A stretch of DNA of 64,000 nt, taken from an uncultured delta proteobacterium. Lineage in GTDB: Bacteria > Myxococcota_A > Polyangia > Palsa-1104. Every line of letters begins with the position of its first letter. Position 1 is the stretch's first letter. The stretch spans positions 723,850 through 787,849 of the forward strand of contig CAWAWS010000039.1 of NCBI GenBank assembly GCA_963785725.1, in the 5' to 3' direction. Of this stretch, positions 58,739-64,000 are shown one piece after another. A program made the position numbers and the translations under genes. The notes under the pieces are model-generated. The model had not been told where the DNA came from. It searched no databases and saw only the letters and a list, made by a program, of their open reading frames with translations.

Positions 58739-60480
58739 ATGAGCGACTCCGGCAAACTCCCTCGACCCGAAACAACGGCCGAAACGCGATCGTCGAGCGA
58801 CGGCGAGCGCCGCCCCGTGCTCGAAGGCGCGGAAGTGACCCGCCGGCGAACCGCTGACGAGCTCGCCTATCGCACGTCAGGGGGCACAGCGGGCGTGGCG
58901 CCGATGCAGCGTCTCATGGACGAGCGCACGGCGATGGGAGCGCAATTGGCCGGACGCATTCAGCGCAAGGCCGAGGGGCAGCCTCGCGGCGGTGTGGCGA
59001 TGCCGGAAGGTGGCGGCTCGGGGTTGACGTCGCAGCAGCGCCAGCGATTCGAGCCCAAGCTCGGTGCAGATCTGTCGGATGTTCGGGTCCATACAGGCGG
59101 CGCGTCGGCACATGCTGCGGCGGGGCTGAGCGCGCGCGCGTTCACCGTCGGCAACGACATCCATTTCAATTCTGGCGAGTTTGCTCCGGGCGCGAAGGAG
59201 GGGGATCGCCTTCTCGCCCACGAGCTCACGCATGTCGTGCAGGGCAAGAAGACCGGCGTGCAACGTAAGGCAGACGAGCATTCCGCTGCCGGCGATGAGT
59301 CACACGGCGCCGCCGGTCAGACGGACGTTTCGCATCCGGATGAGCCGGCCGAGAAAGAGGCCGATGCTGTTGCCGATGGCGTGACGAAGTCGCTGCACGA
59401 AAAGTCGTCGGCCGGCGGCGAGCATGCCAAGGCGACGGGAGCTGACGCAGCCAAGGGTCCGAAAGAGGCGCCTGCTCCCATCGCTGCAAAATTCATCGGA
59501 GTCGGGACCAAGATTTTTCGTGCGAAGGACCAGGGCGCGCCAGCCGCAGGCGGCCCGAACGCGGCGGCGCCGGACAAAGCGAGCCTCAAAGTCGACGCCA
59601 AAGCGGAGCCCAAAGCCGATCCGCCATTGCCGACCGCAGCATCGCGGGATGCGGGCGCGTGGGGCGCGTACGGCGCGAATTGGAGCGGCCTCTTCCTTCC
59701 GAAGCTCAAGGAGAACGGCATCTCGGAAGCCACCATCGCTTCGCTCGCCGCCAAGAAGAGCGCTTGGTTCGAAGACGCATACAGCTGCGTCGAGATGGGC
59801 AAGGATCATCATCCGTCGTCAATCGAATCTTCGCTGAGATTCCCAAGGAGCCGGAAGGGCAAGAGCGGCACTTTTGGTCGGGCGGCGGACCAGCGCAGGG
59901 CATGGCCGACCAAGCGATCGCGAACAAAGGCAAGATGGCCACGCCTGCGGGTGCAGGTCCAGGTCCAGGTGCACCTGCACCTGCAGGCGCAGGTCCGGCG
60001 AATGCCGGTGGGGGAACGCCGCAGAAGGCGATGCGGCTCGAGACGAGCCACGTCGGAATCCTGTTCAATGGCGTCTTCAATCAACCGCCCTCGCGACTCG
60101 ACTGGTCGAAACAGGCCATTCGGTTCTGGCAGCGCGCGTCGACGAACTATGCCAAGGCGACGACCGGAAACGTGACCGCGCACCTCAATGTCGATTTCAA
60201 GTACGCCAAGGATCAGAAAGTAAATCGCGGCGCGATCTTCGGGGCGCTCGAATTGCCGGAAATCGTCACCAACATGAAGTTGCGTTCGCCCGCCGGTGAA
60301 ACCGTCGTCAAGTCGCTCGTGCTCGATTTGTGGGTTCACGGCGCGACGAAAGACGCGAAAGGCAAAGACAAGGAAATCGACAAGAAGTTGGGCTTTACAG
60401 TCATCGCCGATCCTGCCGTGAACGAGGCGCAGATTCTCGACTCGATCGATGCGCAGATTCAACTCGCAGTGAATTCGTAA
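58739..60480 (+). CDS. DUF4157 protein with C-terminal ADP-ribosyl-cyclase (CD38-like) toxin domain; frameshift near 59810
   Basis: DUF4157 LLAHELTHVVQ. After a 1-nt shift the frame gives HFWSG...RLETSHVG...FWQRASTNYAKATTGNVTAHL...IFGALELPEI. Confidence 0.8.
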
Positions 60481-60489
60481 AGGCTGAAC

Positions 60490-61145
60490 ATGGCTGGACA
60501 CACGGCTGCATACGACGAGTTCTTGTTTAGCTTCAATGGCGGGCTCGAGTTCAAAGACGACCTCGACCTCGATGCGTACGGTCGCGCGACGTCGGCGGAG
60601 CGTGCCGAGCTCGATCGCATTCTCGAGCAGAAGTTACCGGACGGGGACCCGCGCGTGGCACGCGCGATCAGGGCGCTTTGGCCGGCGGACAAGGCGACGG
60701 CACTTTTGACGCGCGCGCTTGCGTCGACATCACCCGCCGACCGCGTGGGAATCGCTCGCGCGCTGCGCTCGGTGGCGGAATCGAGTCATCGTTGGATGCG
60801 TTGCGCACGGCGCTGTTCGACGAGCGTGCGTCGACCGACGCGCGCTTGGCGGCCGCGGACGCTTTGGGCGAAATCGAAGGCGCGCCGGCAAACTTCTCGC
60901 TGAAGGCGGCGCTCGACGAGCCGTTGCCCGAGCTGCAGAAGCGCGTCGCCGAGCTGCTGTTCCGGCGTACTGGGCTCGAACGCTTGGCCGGCGACAGTGC
61001 GAGTGGCGCGGCTTTACTAGGCCGCTTGCTGCATGATTCCGACGAGGCAACACGCCGCGGCGCGATCGCCGAGCTGAAGCGAGTCGTTGACAGCGGATCG
61101 GCCGAGATGGCGGATCAGAAACGGGGCGACGCCCGAACCACTTAG
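60490..61145 (+). CDS. HEAT-repeat protein, candidate immunity; frameshift near 60770
   Basis: Starts 9 nt after the toxin stop. ORFs 60490-60903 and 60678-61145 join into HEAT-like repeats (ARLAAADALGEI, LHDSDEATRRGAIAEL). Confidence 0.7.
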
Positions 61146-61200
61146 TGCAATCACGAAATCTGCTTAACGGTTAGTCCTGCAGTGGGCGATATATTTAGCC

Positions 61201-61389
61201 GAGAAGATTTTCGAAAAGTAACGCGTGGACGAGATCCAAAGGACGGCAAGGATCTTGTACTGCCACTGGCACTAGAAGTTCGAAGGACACATCAATCGCG
61301 CTCATATCCATTTGCCGGTTCCTGAGTCCAAAGGGCGGCTGGTCGTCGCAATCTTTCGCGATCACCTGCCGCTTCCGGGCGATGGCTAG
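61201..61389 (+). pseudogene. decayed C-terminal gene fragment with in-frame stops, RelE-like pattern
   Basis: Reads ...LYCHWH*KFEGHINRAHIHLPVPESKGRLVVAIFRDHLPLPGDG*. Confidence 0.3.
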
Positions 61390-61607
61390 TTGTGATGATC
61401 TAGACACGTTGTTCATCCTGCCCGGCTCAGTCTGGCGGATGGTGGCTAGCTGTCGAGGCTGCCATGAGGACAGTGCCGAATCGAGCAACGGGCAAAGGCC
61501 CGATGCGGCGTAGCAGGACGTGTTGAAGCCGATGTCATTTTCACTCTCTTGACGCTGCTGTTGTAGAATTTGCTGCAGAGGCCTCTCTTAAATCCAAGGA
61601 GCTTCTT

Positions 61608-62117
61608 TCAGCCAGACGGTTCAAGAGTTTTGGCGACGGCAAGGGAAGGCTCCTCCGGCTCCGTCAACGCCTCGTTGTTCAAGCTCGCGACGTACCCGAT
61701 CGCTCTCTGAATGCGTTCCGCTTTCGAGCCCGCTGTCTTGAGGGTTAGCCGGCGCAGTAGCCCCTCGATATCGCTGCTCGAAAGAGCATTCAGAAGGGTT
61801 TCCTCGGCCCGGTGCGCCTCCCACAGGGCGCGAACCTGAGTGTCCTTTGCGCCGGATTCGACGGAGCTCGAATTGGGCCAGGATGGTACCGAGCTCGTGA
61901 CCTCGGAGACGCGAGAAGAGAAAGCCGAAACGCTCTTGATCGAGAACCCTTGCCTCCTTGGGAGGTGGGGGCGGTTCCGGCTCCCGGAGAACGTCCCGTC
62001 CAGCAGCGACGTGTGCAACAATACAATTGACGAGATTATTCTCTTTAGAACCCGAGATCGTTGCACCTATGTCTTTGCAGATTTCGCGCAGTCGGTCGAG
62101 TCCGATGCTCTTCAATC
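61608..62117 (-). pseudogene. 3' part of a SAP-like repeat protein, cut by IS66 insertion and frameshifted
   Basis: LREICKDIGATISGSK and LLRRLTLKTAGSKAERIQR repeats. The coding pattern begins exactly at the IS left end. Confidence 0.55.
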
Positions 62118-62177
62118 GTACGCGTTCGATGAACAGCGTCGTGACGGCAGTGGAACGAGCGGATATCAACTCGCTGC

Positions 62178-62514
62178 ATGGGGCGAGCGTCACGAGAAGT
62201 GTGGATCAAGCGGGTCAAGCGCTGGCGTGACAGCGGCCTCAGCGCGAAGGAATTCGCGGAGCAGGTCGGCGTCGGAGTAGACCGGCTGCGCCATTGGAAG
62301 TGGCGGCTGGCGAAGGAGAACAGGGCGACGAACGCTGCGTCTGGGGCGTCGCCGAGGGTCCGTCGTCGTTTCCGTTCGTCGAGGTGACGCCGGCGCCGGC
62401 CCCGGAGCTCGAGGACCCGATCATCGAGGTCTTGGCTCCGAGCGGCTTCTGCATTCGCGTCCCCGCACGCTTCGACGCCGAACGCTTCGGCGCGTGCTCG
62501 CCGTGGTCCGCTGA
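62178..62514 (+). pseudogene. tnpA: IS66 TnpA, frameshifted
   Basis: WIKRVKRWRDSGLSAKEFA...LRHWK, then FVEV...IEV...IRVPARFD in another frame. Confidence 0.8.
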
Positions 62515-62850
62515 TGCTGCCGGCGTCGGTCCGCATCTTCGTCTGCACCGAGCCGCAGGACATGCGGCGCTCGTTCGATGGGCTGGCGCTGGCGACGACG
62601 CAGCTTCTCGGCAAGGACCCGCGTTCGGGCGCACTGTTCGTCTTCCTCAACAAGCGGTCCACGCGGGCAAAGGTGTTGTGGTGGGACACGAACGGTTATT
62701 GCCTGCTCTGCAAGCGCCTGCATCAGGCGCTCTTCATCATGCCGTCGACGCGGACTGGTGATTCGCGCGCCGTAAGCATCGATGCCGCGCGCTGGCGACG
62801 TTGCTGGCAGGCGTCGAGAAATGTCGACGAGGACTTGACGGATGATCGGC
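62514..62850 (+). CDS. tnpB: IS66 accessory protein TnpB (3' end frameshifted, end approximate)
   Basis: DMRRSFDGL, DPRSGALFVFLNKR...KVLWWD..GYCLLCKRL. Confidence 0.9.
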
Positions 62851-62868
62851 GATGGCTATCGTGCCGGC

Positions 62869-64000
62869 GTGTCCGCGTCGCCGCCCACCGTCGAAGAGCT
62901 GACCGCATTGCGCGCCGACAACGAGCGACTCGCTGCCGAGCGCGAGCACTATCGCGAGCTGTATCTGCGGATGCTTGAGCAGTGCCGCAAGCTCGAGCTC
63001 GGGCTGCTCGGGCAGAAGGCCGAACGGCTCGTCGCCAACGACGCGCAGCTCACGATGCGCGTGCTTGCGACGCTGCTCGGCGAACGACCGGCAGTGGACG
63101 AAGCCCCGCCGACGCAGACGGTCCGCGAGCACAAGCGGCAAAAGCCGACCGGCCGCAAGCCGCTGCCCGAGTCGCTGCCGCGCGTCGAGATCGAGATGCT
63201 TCCCGACGAGGTCCAGCGCGAAGGGCTCGATGCGTTCGAGCGCATCGGCGAAGACGCCCGCGAGATCATCGAGCGCCGCCCCGCGTCGATCGTCGTCGTG
63301 CGCCTCATCTATCCGAAGTTCGTGCGCAAGGACCGTGAGGGCGATGGCCGAGACGCGTGTCGTCGCCGAGCCGGCCGAGCTGCCCATCGCGCGCGGACGG
63401 CAGGACCGGGATGCTCGCCGACACAATCGTGCGACGCTGGCAGATCACCAGCCGCTCAACCGGCTCGAGGCATCTATGCCCGCGATGGGCTGGAGCTGGC
63501 CAGAGCACGCTCTGCACCTGGCACGACCAGCTGCGCGAGCTGATCCGCCGCTCGTCGAGGCGATGTGGCAGGACGCCACGGCGCGCCCTACCTTTGCGTC
63601 GATGCCACCGGCGTCCTGGTGCAGGCCAAGGAGCGGTGCCGCACGGCCACTTCTGGGTGATGGTCGCGCCGGACAAGCACGTCCTCTACGCGTACTCGCC
63701 AAGCATGACAGCGCGGCCGTCGACCGCTGCTCGCCGGCTACACCGGCTACCTCGTCGCCGACGCCCACGCCGTCTACGATCATCTCTACGCGGCGGCGAC
63801 GTCGTCGAAGTGGCCTGTTGGGCCATTCGCGGAGGTACTTCTTCAAGGCGCTCGAATCCGACCCCGAGCGGGCGCGCGAGGCGCTGGCACTGATCGGCGC
63901 GCTGTTCCGAATCGAGCGGCAGATAGTCGAGGCGCCCACGCGCAAGCGCGAGGTCGTGCGCCAGCGCGAGTCCAAGCCGGTGGTCGAGCGCTTCTTCGCC
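62869..64000 (+). pseudogene. tnpC: IS66 transposase TnpC with multiple frameshifts, truncated by the window end
   Basis: GQKAERL, GRKPLPESLPRVE, RIGEDAREIIE; later fragments VDATGV, GYLVADAHAVYD, ACW, ALALIGALFRIER. Confidence 0.85.

Larger units (their letters stand above)
62118..64000 (+). mobile_element. IS66-family element (left end, tnpA, tnpB, 5' tnpC), extends beyond the window
   Basis: Left end GTACGCGTTCGATGAAC resembles IS66 GTAAGCG termini; three-gene organisation. Confidence 0.9.

Noticed and set aside
58399..58755. N-terminal extension of the 1126-aa ORF
   Set aside because: It covers the divergent promoter region containing both motif copies. ATG 58398 is the more plausible start.

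Overview
High-GC bacterial DNA, most likely Myxococcota/Polyangia-like. This is inferred from a MYXO-CTERM-like sorting signal, an ECF sigma/TPR anti-sigma cassette, many lipoproteins and sigma54-like promoters. Positions ~1-45.6 kb hold mostly accessory metabolic, regulatory and secreted-enzyme genes: LysR/TetR regulators, oxidoreductases, PI-PLC, two GH12 glucanases, ptsI, tal, an MFS transporter, and an Omp85 + NTT + kinase-like lipoprotein module. Positions ~45.7-64 kb look visibly less GC-rich and contain gene remnants, an AAC(3)/DUF4910 pair, a toxin/immunity block and an IS66 element that runs off the window end. Main discovery candidate: three putative polymorphic toxin genes, each followed by immunity-like genes. 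Two are DUF4157/eCIS-core proteins with different C-terminal domains (ART/NADase-like and ADP-ribosyl-cyclase-like) and one is a lysozyme + NlpC/P60-like peptidoglycan hydrolase. All three have the same upstream motif GCAACTTT-N11-GCCGAWAA, which has sigma28/FliA-type geometry, and they share a similar N-terminal basic helix. This suggests a co-regulated effector regulon whose export machine is encoded elsewhere. Several single-base frameshifts may be sequencing errors. No rRNA, tRNA or CRISPR array was recognised. All family assignments are by motif recognition, not database searches.
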